A stretch of 64,000 nucleotides of DNA. It comes from Octopus sinensis. Taxonomy: Eukaryota. Positions 26,577 through 40,984 of the stretch are shown in pieces. The DNA is taken from NCBI RefSeq assembly GCF_006345805.1, contig NC_042999.1:65844001-65908000 (forward strand). The letters are read 5' to 3'. Below the pieces are notes generated by a model. It was not told the DNA's origin and made no database searches. It saw nothing but the letters and a program-made list of their open reading frames with translations. Both the position numbers and the translations under genes were made by a program. Position 1 is the first letter of the stretch. Each line of letters starts with the position of its first letter.

Positions 26577-29500
26577 GTAAAAATTATTAAAGATAATAAT
26601 TTATACCAGTGACCAGCATGTGTAAAAATTTGCCCGCCGACAGTCAACGTGCTCGTAATGTATTTTTCGTGTGTAATTAATGGGTACAGCAGACATGAAG
26701 TCATACTGCAACATGAAAATACAAGGACACATTCAGTGAAAATAATGTAAGGAAAGACAAATCGATTAGTCTGGGAAGTTCTACCCAACCTTTCCTTATC
26801 GCTAGACCAGGCACCGGTAGGTTTTTCCCATTCAAGTCATTTTTAAACTGGAAAAAAAGTCATTTTTAAAATGGAAAAAAAAAACATTCAGAAATGACTC
26901 TTCAAACATTTCTCTCTTCCAAAACAGCTGATTCCTTTTCTCTTATTTTTTTTTTTTTTTGGTCCATGTAAGCACAAAACTTGTTTCGTCATGTGAAACT
27001 ATTATTGCTAACATAGGTAATTATACTTTGAGTGAATAATTATATTTACACTGTTTAAGTTTTTCCTGTTTTGGACACATTATATGAAATACAACATTAC
27101 TTTTCGATACACTAAAACCTAGCCATCATAACCATGTAAATATAAAGATCTTAGCTTCTGCCCCATTTACGTGTAAATCCAGCACTGTGAAAGAATAAAA
27201 TTAATAATGACTTCCAATTTTTTCATAACGCTAGCAGTTTTGGGGGATGGCATATGTCGATTACATCGACCTCAATGCTCAGCAAGCACTTACTGTATGA
27301 ACACCGAAAGGATCGAAGGCGAAGCCGACCTCTGATGAATTTCAACTCGTAGCACAAAGACGTGAAAATAATGAATAACGTCACTTACCCTTTGCCAAGG
27401 TATTCGCTTTTGATTCTGTTCCATTAAAAATCAAATAATATTGCTGCTTCATCAGTGGGAGATGGAACAACTTCATAATACAGCCAGAACGGTCTATTAG
27501 ATCATGTAGATTCTCCTTCATGATAATTATCGAAATATTATCAGTCTTGGCTGAAAGACTAGAGGATAGATAATAAGTATAATTAAGTAGTAATAATTAA
27601 AACCACAGTTTTTCTCTACGCTAGAATTAGAGGCAAAATCTTCCTGAAATTCAGTCTTTGTTTTTTTTTTTTGTAAATATTCGGGGTTATGTAAATTATA
27701 TTGTCTCAGATACACTGTTTTGGATATTTAAAACAGAATGGTCATGAGTGGAACGCCTATGATCATAGATCTGCTACATAAAATCTGAGAGGAATGATAA
27801 ACTGGGAGTACAACATAAGTATGTTTGTATTATTGTTAAATGTTTAATATTGTTCTTGCAAGCCCTTCTAACAGATAGATTATGCAGTATTTAGTCACGT
27901 CTCATTACACTCTGTGTTTGTATTCCGCGGAAGTTCATTATGCTTTCTTGGTTGGAAACAGTTATCAGCACAGAACTGGATCTAAAAAAACGCTTAATCT
28001 CTCTTTCGCATATCAACCTTGTGGATTACGTGCTGATGGATAACTCTGATAACCACAAGGATGTAAAGATAAAGAAATATTAACTAATTAGCGTTCTACC
28101 GATGTGTGTGTGTGTGTGTGAGTGTGTGTCTGTGTGTGTATGCGTGTGGGTGTGTACAAGTTCGCGCCTGCACGTGCATATATTCAAATACGTGTATTTA
28201 TGGTATAAACGTGAACAGTTTCCCATTGGCTTAGATTAACATATACGTGTATATATATAAATGTATGAATATAAGACAAATACCTACACGTATTCTGTCT
28301 CGTAAAGTTCGTTGACAGGACATGATACCATGATAACTATGATAGAGTTATTTGCCAAAGATGCTGCACAGTGAGATCAAAGTTTGACCACTTATTTCCG
28401 AAACAAACTTCTTAACTAAACAGACATATATGAGCATATTTACTGTAATATATTCTATTGGATAGATCATAAAGAGCCCATTGCTACTCGACGCAGATTT
28501 CCAATAATTAGTATTGCTGTTCAGTATGCAAATTGCGCAGGTGTTGACTTTATGATATACATTCCAAAAATCAATAAGCTGAGTATCAATAAAGAACTGG
28601 AAGCAAATCTTATGAGTAGAGCTCTCCCCCTCACAAACAGTTCTTGCTCTACTAGAAATCAATATTGTTATATGGGGTCCAGGAAATTAAATAATTTCCA
28701 ATTCAAAATTGTAAACGCTAAACATGTCTTCAGTTTCGAAACATTAATATAAATTTACAGAAATGAAGTAATTTAGATTATAATGAAATGTATTGCTTAA
28801 AATTGTAAATTTTATTGATATTTTTTTCTCTCCTCGCGTTGATATTACTGCCAAAGCAGATTCTGTAAAATGTATAATGATACATCAAGTTAAAAATCTA
28901 ACGATATAATACACCTCGTAAAATGTCATGCGATATAAAATGAGATCATAAAAACATCTCGCAATCTGGCATAGCGTTAAAATGATATTCTTATGTTGAT
29001 TCTTCTTCAACTCGTTCACTTATTTTCCGTATCATTCTGTGGCAAGCTGGCCATTAGCCAATACTCATTATTTCCAGCAAGGATTAGTATGAATAGTCAA
29101 AAGTTTTCTCATAACTCGTATAAGAGGGTTAGATTTATAGTTAATATTTTCAATATAGGCAATCACTCTATTGCATGGCAATTTTTGTGTAACATTTATG
29201 GCTTTGGTGAGTATATGAATAAAGTTAAATGAAGTGATTTCACCACGAAATATACATGAGCTCTGAGGTCGCTCATTCGGACTTCCGGCTGAAAATGGCA
29301 ACAAATTGATCCGCAAACCACAATATACATGCCCTCCATTGAAAAAGAACACGTTAGAAAATATAGAATAGAGAGCACAGTAACTAACAATAAGTGTTTT
29401 AGATTTTGCCGCAAGGCCAGCAGATTTAGTGGTTGGAGGTTAGTCGACTGCATTGCGAGCTGTGCTCGGCTGATACTTTTTTTATCGAACTTGAAGTGAT

Positions 29501-30447
29501 AAAAAGAAATGTGCAGCCCGGGGAAATTCGAAATGAGTATGCAATGATTCAGTGGAAATAAGGCTTGATATTTTGTTCCACTCGCTAATGACTCTGATAG
29601 ATCGGCATCGTTACTGCACTTAATAACACTGGAGTATGGTTTCCTCTTTGGAGTGCTTTTTATCACAGATTAGATCGATCAGAGCAGACCCTGATTAAAA
29701 AAAAAATTAATCAAGTTACCGCTTCGTATCTGAGGGCACCTATTTTTTCTAATTCATATTTATGGGCTTTTGAATGAATTTCATTGTTAATAAACACTAA
29801 AAATGATAACATGTAATGCAAAATCTTGAGATCAAATCTTGTGAGGCCTATTTCCTTTATTTACATTTTGAGAGAGTTTGGGAGCTTCTACGTAAAGGCT
29901 CACATCGCTAATAATAATACTCAATTAGCTCACACAAGTAGCTCTCTTAAATAGCTCATTGATATTTTAAAACCAGAACACATATTCGACAATGTAGTCT
30001 ATGATACCCAAATACGTATAAAAGCATTTAATTATTGGTGTCTTCAGGTTGATTGACTGGAAGAACAGTTAGTGTCGAACGAACGTTTTGCGTTATTTGT
30101 CAAAGTCATAAACTTGGGAAATTCATCGAGGTCAAATTTGCCATTCACCCTCTAAGGTTTGGTTAAATACGAGTCACGTTCTCTGATTGATAGTAAAGAA
30201 TGAAACCCTTCCCACGAAATTGCTGGCATTGTGCCAGAATCAAATCTTCGTGGCGGATTAAGACAAATCATGATCATATTTTTCTCTCACATCGGTCTTG
30301 CTAACTTTTCATTTTTATGCATTTAGGTATTTTGCCAAGTTCTTTACAGTCCGAGTTCAATTCCAGTCAAAATTAACTTTGTTCGCTTTTTCTCGAAGTC
30401 AATAATATGATGGATCACTAAAGTACATGGGTCAATGGTATTGACTA

Positions 30448-30686
30448 AAGGCGGCGAGCTGGCAGAAACGTTAGCACGCCGGGCAAAATGCGTAGCAGTA
30501 TTTCGACTGCCGTTACGTTCTGAGTTCAAGTTCCGCCGAGGTCGACTTTGCCTTTCATCCTTTCTGGATCGATTAAATAAGTACCAGTTACGCACTGGGG
30601 TCGATATAATCGACTTAATTCGTTTGCCTGTCCTTGTTTGCCCCCTCTGTGTTTAGCCCCTTGTGGGCAGTAAAGAAATAGGTATT
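30448..30686 (+). mobile_element. SINE family A, full-length reference copy
   Basis: ggcggcgagctggcagaaacgttagc...gagttcaagttccgccgaggtcgactttgcctttcatcc...aaagaaataggtatt. Confidence 0.88.
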
Positions 30687-31635
30687 GATAAACCACGCGC
30701 CTCAAAACTAATGGCCTTCTGCCTAAACTAGAAATGCATTTTGCCACAAAAACTGTGCAAATTAACTTGATATCATATCTAACCGGTTCGGAAAATAACA
30801 ACGTAAAATTATACTGAAAAAAGTAGTTTTATATACAGTTTCTTCTTTGAAAGAAACAATGGATATATCGTTACCATATACGCATCTTTGGTAATACATG
30901 TTTCTAAAGTTGAACAGTTATCTTAGACTAGCTTGACCCACGAACTTAGCAACCTCTACAACATTCATATAATATTTATGAAAATAATTTCCGCTGTTAC
31001 AAAATAGATCACACTGAAAGCATTATTTCAATGCATAATAACTCATGAAATGCAGCAACACTTTCTGATGTATACATTCCTGTAAGTTAAATTATTGTAG
31101 TAGATTTTGTTAGGTGGAAAATTGTCCATGAAGTTTCACTGTAGATAGATCAATTTCCGTTCAAATATCATCCACGTCATTAAAGACTGTTTATGGTCAG
31201 AACGGATCAAATGCAAAGCAACAAGTAACTTGGTTTATTAAATATGAATGCAACCATTTACACACACACACATAAAATTTGAATATATATTTTCTCATAT
31301 AAACAAATATGCACATTCATTTACACATACTCTTCATATAATTTAAAAGTACATATGAATATATAGTACACATGCACTAGAACCAGAAAATGCAATATAT
31401 CATAATACTCCATTGTAGCCATGCACGTAATGATACTAATATGAAACTTAGCTGGAAATCTAAAAAATTCACAAATGCAATAACTTACAAAATTAGATTT
31501 TCTTTAAACTCAATTAATTTTCATTAAATAACTCTCTCTATATGTTCCCGATTGATAGGCTAACTTGGTCCTAGGAAGAGCTGTAGCAAAAGGAAAGAGA
31601 ATAGCGAGCATGGGAAGCGACAAAGGAACTGAAAT

Positions 31636-32061
31636 AGCTATTTCTTTACTACCCACAAGCGGCTTAACACAGAGAGGACAAACAAGGACAGACAAACGGA
31701 TTAAGTCGATTATATCGACCCCAGTGCGCAACTGGTACTTATCTAATCGACCCCGAAAGGATGACAGGCAAAGTCGACCTCGGCGGAATTTGATCTCAGA
31801 ACGTAGCGGCAGACGAAATACCTATTTCTATTTCTTTACTACCCACAAGGGGATAAACACAGAGAGGACAAACAAGGACAGACAAATGGATTAAGTCGGT
31901 TATATCGACCCCAGTGCGTAACTGGTACTTATTTAGTAGACCCCGAAAGGATGAAAAGTAAAGTCGACCTCGGCGGTATTTGAACACAGAACGTAGCGTC
32001 AGAGGAAATACTGCTAAGCATTTCGCCCGGCGTGCTGACGTTTCTGCCAGCTCGTCGCCTT
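31636..32061 (-). mobile_element. SINE family A dimer
   Basis: Full copy 31826-32061 plus a 5'-truncated unit 31636-31825, with the same junction as at ~15810. Confidence 0.85.
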
Positions 32062-33559
32062 AGGGAACTAAAATAGCATGCGGTTCTCAACTCATTGGAT
32101 TCAATGTATATCCTTTTTAGGTAAGAGTATTACAATCTATTATTTTTACTAATATTTTCATCGATCTCAGACGAATTAATGTTAAACGTATTCCGGTTAA
32201 GATATGAAACTCAGAAACTTGTGGAATGATGGTAAAATATAAAATGCAATGCTTTGTACAAGGCTCCTTATTTTCGTCTCTCCCTGAGAATTTAATCATA
32301 GAAAATAATTAGCATTCATCATTAGTGATCAGATGAGACTATGACTTCGATTGCCCAGCATCTCAATAAAGCTCGGAGCCTTGGCTGGAGATCGGGGCGG
32401 CACAACTAAACATTTTCTTGCATGTCTGGAAGCTACGGAAATAACGGCATTTGTTATGGGTGCAAGTGATAAGTAGACTTCAGCAACGAAAGTTCACCTG
32501 TGTATTTTTAGTTAGTTGAGCTCAAATTCATTTCTATGGGATCTCAAGTTAAATGAAGAGATAATTACTCAGCATCATCTGCAGACTTCGTGCGGAATAA
32601 TCTGCATGCAGCGACTAGATGTGACCTATGAAGCTGGAGATAAGACAGGATGCAGAGATTGCTGAGAAAGTTGAGGATCTTTCAATAAATTGTCTGCGCA
32701 TCTACTCTTCGATATTTTAGGGATGTTTTCTATAAGATAAAAGAAAAAACACACAGAAGGATTATCTACAATTAGTTAAAAATTTGTCTCTAGCAATAAC
32801 AACTTCTACGCATATATTCGCAAGATTCGGTGATTTTGATTTCATATTTTCCAACTATTAGACGCATGCGTTGAGTAGAAATAGAAATTTATCACCTCTC
32901 GTGATCTTACTGCCGAAATACTTAGGCAGCATAGTAATTCTGTAGCCCCGAAAGTTAATTTTCGATTGCCATTCAGCCTGTGATACCCGGTGAGTGTGAA
33001 GGGGGCCTGCTTTAATCTCCGGAGATCCGACCATGGGGCAGATTATGCTGGATTACTGTTCCAATAATATCAATCAGTAAGACCTGATTGTTGAAAATAC
33101 GTCACAGCGGAAAACAAATATTTCTTCTTCGACATATTGTAGAATATGGTGAACAAGGTGTCAAGTAAATGTATTTCTCGAGATGTGATGTTGTTTGATT
33201 TAATCGTTTCTGTTATTCAAATATATTTTATCTAGAAACATCTTATCAATGTGTTTTATTTATCTTAACATTGTAGGATGAATATGAGGATTATACTTAT
33301 AAATGGCTGCTATTTATGTCGATTTGGACATTCTAGTAAACCCATGATAAAATGTCGTTTATGCCGTAAGCGACAGCTTATTTTCTTCCCTGTACATGGC
33401 GTTTCCGAACACTATGTATGGAACATGATTCTGTAAAAAGGTATTTTCGTGTGGGCGTTTAGGAGAATGTTACGTGTCTCTTAGAAAGAGTATAGGACCA
33501 AAAATGTGTGTTAGAAACAATAGATGAAAGAAGACAATTCCTGAACATTGTGAATTAAG

Positions 33560-33740
33560 AAAACCACATCTATTATGACCATGTACAAAGAAGCAAAGTT
33601 CTAAAAATATCATCATGCAATGAAGAGTAGGTTAAGAGGTAGGCAAGGATCGCTATGGAGGGAAGATATGAAGAGCCGTTTGGACAAGAGTGGCAAAGGA
33701 ATTTGGAGGACACGCGCCTAATCAGACTTTAGCTGAACGC
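33560..33740 (+). mobile_element. Possible RTE-type LINE 3' remnant
   Basis: Broken frames give YYDHVQRSK, NIIMQ*RV, GRQGSLWREDMK, resembling RTE C-terminal YFGH..R...IMQG.VEG.R.RGR...W.DDI. Confidence 0.35.
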
Positions 33741-34539
33741 ATAAGACAATTGAAGACGACGACAGAACGATGTGATCTTAAAAAGAATGAATGGCTGAAA
33801 CTTTCTGGGACAGATTCACCATAGCGCCTTTCTTGTTTTCTCGATAGAGGCATTAGTTCGGTAGTGAATGAATGCCATTAACATCATACAGTAATTGGAA
33901 TTGCTTCGAGTTCTTGACTTATCTGAAGGCCATTCTTGCTGTACTAACTAAATAATAATAAATGTATAACATGGAAATATCTTCTATAACTAAATATGCG
34001 AGCGCATGTTTTTTTTACAATTCTCTAACGACCCTCTGCGCCCAATGCTCGTTATACCGTGATTTAAAACAACACATTAAATTTACCTCGCGTCTGTGAA
34101 AAAAAGTTTTCTCGGTTTTATTGACTTTAGGTTGAAGAACATGACAGTTAAACCGGGATGGCTTTAATGTAGCTAGAATACTGAAATATAGTTTTCCTCA
34201 TGCTTGACAAATTTTATGCATTTCCCACTAATAAAAATCGCATTAATGATGAAAATGTAAATTTTTAATTATTATTTTCGATTGAAACATGTCCCGTTGT
34301 TTTGGATTCACTTCCAATGTGTGACAGTTTGGCTACAGTCTTTTGCAATAGCCCCGAACCAATCGATGCCTTGTGAGCGAAACTATTTGGAAGCCGAGCA
34401 TTTACACATAAACGTATATGTGTGTATATATATATGTATATATATATAAATATATATATATACATAATAATAAATATTAGGGAATAAATCCAAATAGTGG
34501 TTTTGTCTCGAATTAATATTATATATATATATAATATAT

Positions 34540-34660
34540 ATCACGTGATCACGTGACCGACCAGACCATCAGATTTTGTTACACATCGCTGGTCACAATG
34601 CGTTCGCATTGTTTTAGCCTTCGAATGACGCCACCCCGCTGGCTAAGCGAGCAGGCCCAA
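34540..34660. repeat. Unclassified GC-richer island inside a TA microsatellite
   Basis: cacgtgatcacgtgaccgacc...gctggctaagcgagcaggccc. Resembles an octopus interspersed repeat from recall, but is single-copy in this window. Confidence 0.35.
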
Positions 34661-34837
34661 TATATATATATATTATATATATTATATATATATATATATA
34701 CATATCTATATATATACATATATATATATATTTATATGTATATATACATATACAATATATATATATATATATATAATATTACATATATATATATACATAT
34801 ATATATACAATATATATATACATAGATATATTATAAC

Positions 34838-34877
<40 letters not shown>

Positions 34878-34945
34878 TACATATATATATTATACATATA
34901 TATATATACATATATATATATATTATACATTTATATATATACATA

Positions 34946-37900
34946 TATAAAATATTATTAGAGACAAAACCACTATTTTGCAAAACAAACAAGGAAAGAC
35001 TTAATCAATACATAAAATTTTAATAAATAGTCAAAAAAACCGCCACTACAATCGTTTCTTGTCTTGATCGACAATCTTCAGGTGGACTTCCAATCTAAAA
35101 AATCAATATTTTAAAATATAAAAATAATAATTTTAAAATAATTAAGTATGTATGAATGAAAAAATATAAGTATATAATCCATATATAACCTATCTATAAT
35201 CCATATATAATCAATATATAAACAATATATAAACTAAAAAAACCTATCAACAATTAAATATAAAATATAAAATATAAAATATAAAATATAAAATATAAAA
35301 ACAAAACAAAAAAATAATAATAATATAATAATAAACTATATATACACCCATACACATATACCTAATTATATATAACCATATCTAACTACATACACTAAAT
35401 CACACACCTATATATATATCCCTATACATACACATAAAAATGTCTAGGTCAACTATAAATAAATAAAATAGCTAAATACTTCAACACAATACTTATTCAT
35501 ACTCCCACACACACACACATACAACCCACATTCACGCTCTAGAAAACGGACATCACTCAAAACTATGAACGGAGAGAAATGGAATAAATGGAATTAAAAA
35601 TTATATTCACTTGGTAAAACGAACACTACTTAAAAATTATGAATGAAACAATGCAATAAAACAACAGACATCGCAAATAGACACAAATTACTACAAATTC
35701 CTTATCAAACCTACCATGATAACCAAAACTCATAAAAACATATAATGATAAAATCTCCCTTTACTAAACTCTATAACAAACCTATATAGCAATCCCCCTA
35801 ACCTAAACATTCACACACAAATACACACACGTAAACCACACACCCACGACATATACAAATACCCACACCACTTACACATACCAATACATACATATAAACC
35901 TCAACATATACTCCAAAAACCCACTCAACCCCACACAGACAAATAAACACAAAAATTATGAATGGATTCTTTTATAAAACTACCATGATAAGCTAAAACT
36001 CACAAAACAGAAATGATAAAACCTCCCTTTACTAAACACTAAAACATACTTATATAGCAATTCCTTAACCTATACATTCACACACAAAACCACTCGTAAA
36101 CCACACACCCATAACAAATACAAACTCCCACCCCACTCACACACACCCACAAGTACATATAAGCCTCAACATATACACCAAACAAAATTACTTTACCAAG
36201 GAACTTAACATATATATAAAAAGTAAACCGCTCTGGAAACGAACATCTCTAAATAATGAATGGAAAATGGAATAAATGGAATTAAAAATAAAATTCACGT
36301 GCAAAACGACACCACTCAAAAATTATAAATGAAACAATATAATAAAACAACCAACATCGAAAATAGACAAATTACTACGAATTCCCTAAAAAAAACCATG
36401 ATAAACCAAAACTCTTAAAAAACATATAACGATAAAATCTCCCTTTACTAAACTCTATAACAAACCTATATAGTAATCCCCCTAACCTAAACATTCACAC
36501 ACAAACACACACGTAAACCACAGACCCACGACTTATACACATACCTAAACTAACTTATAAACCTCCATATACACCAAAACCCACTCCCTCCCACACAGAC
36601 AAATTAACTCATACATCCCCAAACCTAAATAACAAACCCATATACACATTCACACACAAACACACACACACGCAAAACACACACACACAACAGATACATA
36701 TACTCCCTCACATATACGCATATACATACTCACTAAACTCGATATATACAACAATATTACACACCCACACTCATACAGATAAATAAATTATACAACTAAA
36801 AACTCGCACACAATCTCATATACATAAACACTCCTATGAAAACAACATTAAATACATCGTAATTAACCAGAATATCAAAAATAACAATATGACATAAAGG
36901 TAAATAAAATACATACTTACAATTCAGTGTCAAATTATGAAGTGAAATTAAATTCTTAGCCGTTAAAAAATCAAACCAAAATTACGTTACCATAGAAATA
37001 ACTTATGTAAAAAAACAACTTGCAGTAACCCAAACCCATTCTCTATGCCTACCTCACTACTACACTATTCCATTCACAATTCCAAACAACGCTAGTCCAC
37101 CTCCCGGTTATTCACGTGGCAAAACGAAAACACCACTCAAAAATTATGAATGAAACAATGTAATAAAACAACCAACATCGAAAATAGACAAATTACCACG
37201 AATTCCCTAAAAAAAACCATGATAACCAAAACTCCTAAAAAATATAACGATAAATCTCCCTTTGCTAAACTCTATAACAAACCTATATAGCAATCTCCCT
37301 AACCAAACATTCACACACAACAAATACACACTCGTAAACCACAGACCCACGACTTATACACATACCTATACTAACTTATAAACCTCAATATACACCAAAA
37401 CCCACTCCCTCCCACACAGCAAATTAACACATACATCCCAAAACCTAAATAACAAACCCATATACACATTCACACACACAACACACACACACACGCAAAA
37501 CACACACACACAACAGATACATATACTCCCTCACATATACGCATATACATACTCACTAAACTCGATATATACAACAATATTTACACACCCACACTACTCA
37601 TACAGATAAATAAATTATACAACTAAAAACTCGCACACAATCTCATATACATAAACACACCTATGAAAACAACATTAAATACATCGTAATTAACCAGAAT
37701 ATCAAAAATAACAATATGACATAAGGATAAATAAAATACATACTTACAATTCAGTGTCAAATTATGAAGTGAAATTAAATTCTTAGCCGTTAAAAAAATC
37801 AAACCAAAATTACGTTACCATAGAAATAACTTATGTAAAAAAAGAATACGCGCCATGGAAAGTAAACGTCATTTAAATTATGAATGGAGAAATAGAAAAA

Positions 37901-39442
37901 TGGAACTAAAAACTATATCCACGTGGCAAACCAACACTACTTAAAAAAATTTATTATGAATGGATTCTTTAAAAAACTACCATGAAAAATCATTATATAC
38001 ATCTATGAGCTTTAGCTCACCTTAGCAGCTCTAACAAACAACTTGCAGTAACCCAAACCCATTCTCTATGCCTACCTCACTACTACACTATTCCATTCAC
38101 AATTCCAAGCAACGCTAGTCACCACCCGGTTATTCACGTGGCAAAACGAACACACCACTCAAAAATTATGAATGAAACAATGTAATAAAACAACCAACAT
38201 CGAAAATAGACAAATTACCACGAATTCCCTAAAATAACCATGATAAACCAAAACTCATAAAAACATATAACGATAAAATCTCCCTTTGCTAAACTCTATA
38301 ACAAACCTATATAGTAATCCCCCTAAACCTAAACATTCACACACAAATACACACTCGTAAACCACAGACCCACGACTTATACACATACCTATCCTAATTT
38401 ATAAACCTCAATATACACCAAAACCCACTCCCTCCCCACACAACAAATTAACACATACATTCCAAAACCTAAATAACAAACCCATATACACATTCACACA
38501 CAAACACACACACACACAAAAACACACACACACAACAGATACATATACTCCCTCACATATACTCATATATATACTCACTAAACTCGATATATACAACAAT
38601 ATTTACACACCCACACTCATACAGATAAATAAAATATACAACTAAAAACTCACACACAATCTCATATACATAAACACTCCTATGAAAACAACATTAAATA
38701 CATCGTAATTAACCAGAATATCAAAATAACAATATGACATAAGGATAATAAAATAATATACATACTACAAGTCAATTTCAAATAATGAAGTGAAATTAAA
38801 TTCTTAGCCGTTAAAAAAACCAAACCAAAATTACGTTACCATAGAAATAACTTATGTAAAAAAAAGAGAGAATACGCGCCATAGAAATTAAACGTCATTT
38901 AAATTATGAATGGAGAAATAGAATAAATGGAACTAAAAACTATATCCACGTAGCAAACCAACACTACGTAAAAAAATTTATAATGAATGGATTCTTTAAA
39001 AAACTACCATGAAAAATCATTATATACATTTATGAGCTTTAGCTCACCCTAGCAGCTCTAACAAACAACCTACAGCAACCCAAACCTATTCCCGATGCCT
39101 ACCTCACTACCACACTAATCAATTCCCAATTCCAAGCAACGCTAGTCCACCACCCGGTTACAATTCCCAACTCCACCCATTCATTCACAATTTCAACGAC
39201 ATTCGCCTCCAACGCTACATATAAGCCTCAACATATACACCGGAGATACACTTACACATCCGTGCGGATGGGTGAGAGTATACATTGAGTGTAGTGATGG
39301 GGCTCCCATTACAATACACATTTGTACCTGTGTGGTAGTCTCCATGTGTATATTACGCACGGGTATAAATGCAGGGGGTACACGCGCACGTCATTTGCGT
39401 GTACCCCTCACATGTACATATGCATGCTATTTGGGCTCGATA
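34946..39442. repeat. Left inverted arm (~4.5 kb), C/A-rich on + strand
   Basis: Reverse complement of 42552-48825. Tandem unit marker ttcacgtg(g)caaaacga at 36294, 37111, 38133. Confidence 0.93.
35043..35085 (-). ncRNA. Type-I minimal hammerhead ribozyme at the PLE 3' terminus
   Basis: Minus strand reads ccac-CUGAAGA-uuguc(gaucaa)gacaa-GAAAC-gauu-GUA-gugg: complete core, 5-bp stem II, stem I ccac/gugg, short self-complementary stem III. Confidence 0.85.
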
Positions 39443-40264
39443 TATGCAACAATGTAATCGCGCCCGCATACATGCATATGGGCGAATTGCACAATCAAAA
39501 AACGCACACGTGTGTGTGTGCGTTCCCTGGTTGTGCAATTCACCCATCTGGGTGTGAGTGGGTGTAATCTTATCACTGTGGATGTCGAGCTTAATACGTA
39601 TTTATATAAGTGTGTATTAGGGGGTTGTACGTATTAATTGTGTGCATGTGCTTCACGCACTTGCGTCCATATATGGATGAATATAATGGGATTACTATGT
39701 GGGTGTAAATTGGGTATGGAGGGGGGAATTTTGTCATTGTATGGGTGTGGGTTTCATTTGTGATAGTGGTTAGTTGGTGATTTTTAATATGTTCTGTATA
39801 TTTGGGTTAGTTATGTATTAGTCTAGTGTGTATAATTGTATGCATATAATTGGTGTGAATGGGATTACGCCCATTTTTGGGGATGTATGTGTTTATTTAT
39901 CCATGTGGGGCGGGAGTGGCCGTTAGGTGTATATGCCGAGGCTCACATGCAATTCCAGGTACATCGAATGAAGTGGGCACTTATATTTGTTATGGGTGTG
40001 TGTACTTTATTATAACAGACAATACCCAATAAAATCTGTCAATTCAACATACCAAATAAAAAACAAAAAACAAAGGGATCTTAAACATTCACACATACAT
40101 ACAAAACTCAATAAAAACACCACTAAATAAACCATAAACATATAAATATATCCTCCAAAATATATACATTAAAAATGAACTAATTAAAACAAAGAAATAT
40201 AAATAAAGACTAACTATAATTAAAGCCTAGACAACATAACCAAAAATATATTATCTAAACTAAT

Positions 40265-40696
40265 TTAAACTAAACTAAAGTAACCTAAAAGGGAACTATT
40301 ATTGCTATTATCATGAAACTTATTATATAGGTAAAGTAACTTATGTCTGCATTTTATTTTGCGCTCCTCACCAGTATTAAGTAAATTATCATACTTATAA
40401 AATAAAATTTCTTTAAACTCATTAGAGCATAAATAACAACAATTAGCTCCTATAGTATATGATTTAGTTTTACAAATTATTTCCCAAATTAAACTATAAT
40501 TAATATTTAGTGATTTAAGACTCCAAATGTACTTACTAAGTCCGGTTGAGTTGATTAAGTTTTTATTTTTAAAAGAATTCATATGTTGTGCGATTCTTAG
40601 TTTTATTTTTGAGGAAGTAGAACCTATATAAACCGCTTTTTTGTAATTATTATTCTTAAAGTTAATATCATGTAATGTAACTATACATTTATACAC
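40265..40696 (-). CDS. PLE GIY-YIG endonuclease domain
   Basis: VYKC...VYIGSTSSKIKLRIAQHMNSFK, STGLSKYIWSLK, CYLCSNEFKEI, LLN...KCRH. It lies in the same reading frame as the RT ORF, and the CxC...C linker (CTCRDN.NCILNNNC) is recoverable just upstream. Confidence 0.92.
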   Translation of the reverse strand: MYKCIVTLHDINFKNNNYKKAVYIGSTSSKIKLRIAQHMNSFKNKNLINSTGLSKYIWSLKSLNINYSLIWEIICKTKSYTIGANCCYLCSNEFKEILFYKYDNLLNTGEERKIKCRHKLLYLYNKFHDNSNNSSLLGYFSLV

Positions 40697-40984
40697 TACA
40701 TCGTTAATATCACAATTATTATTTAATATACAATTAGATTATCTCTACATGTACAATTAATATAAGTCTATCATTATTAATATTATTATCAAATAATTTC
40801 TTTTTATAAAAATTATTCAGTTTATATTATTAAATGAAGAAATAATGTTACCAACATTATTAGTGGTAGAGTAACCGACTCCAAAATTATTAAAAGAGAA
40901 AATGTTTCTATATTTACGATTATCTCTAATAAATAGTTCTATAACATCTAAAATCTCTTTAATAATATTCGTTTTTACTTGATC

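Noticed and set aside
28348-28752. Overlapping open frames on both strands, with a possible minus-strand exon (ttccag...gtaaat)
   Set aside because: No recognisable protein similarity and no partner exons. Could be chance; RNA-seq would decide.
39478-39547. SECIS element in the long hairpin
   Set aside because: No AUGA/GA quartet or apical AA in the required arrangement on either strand.
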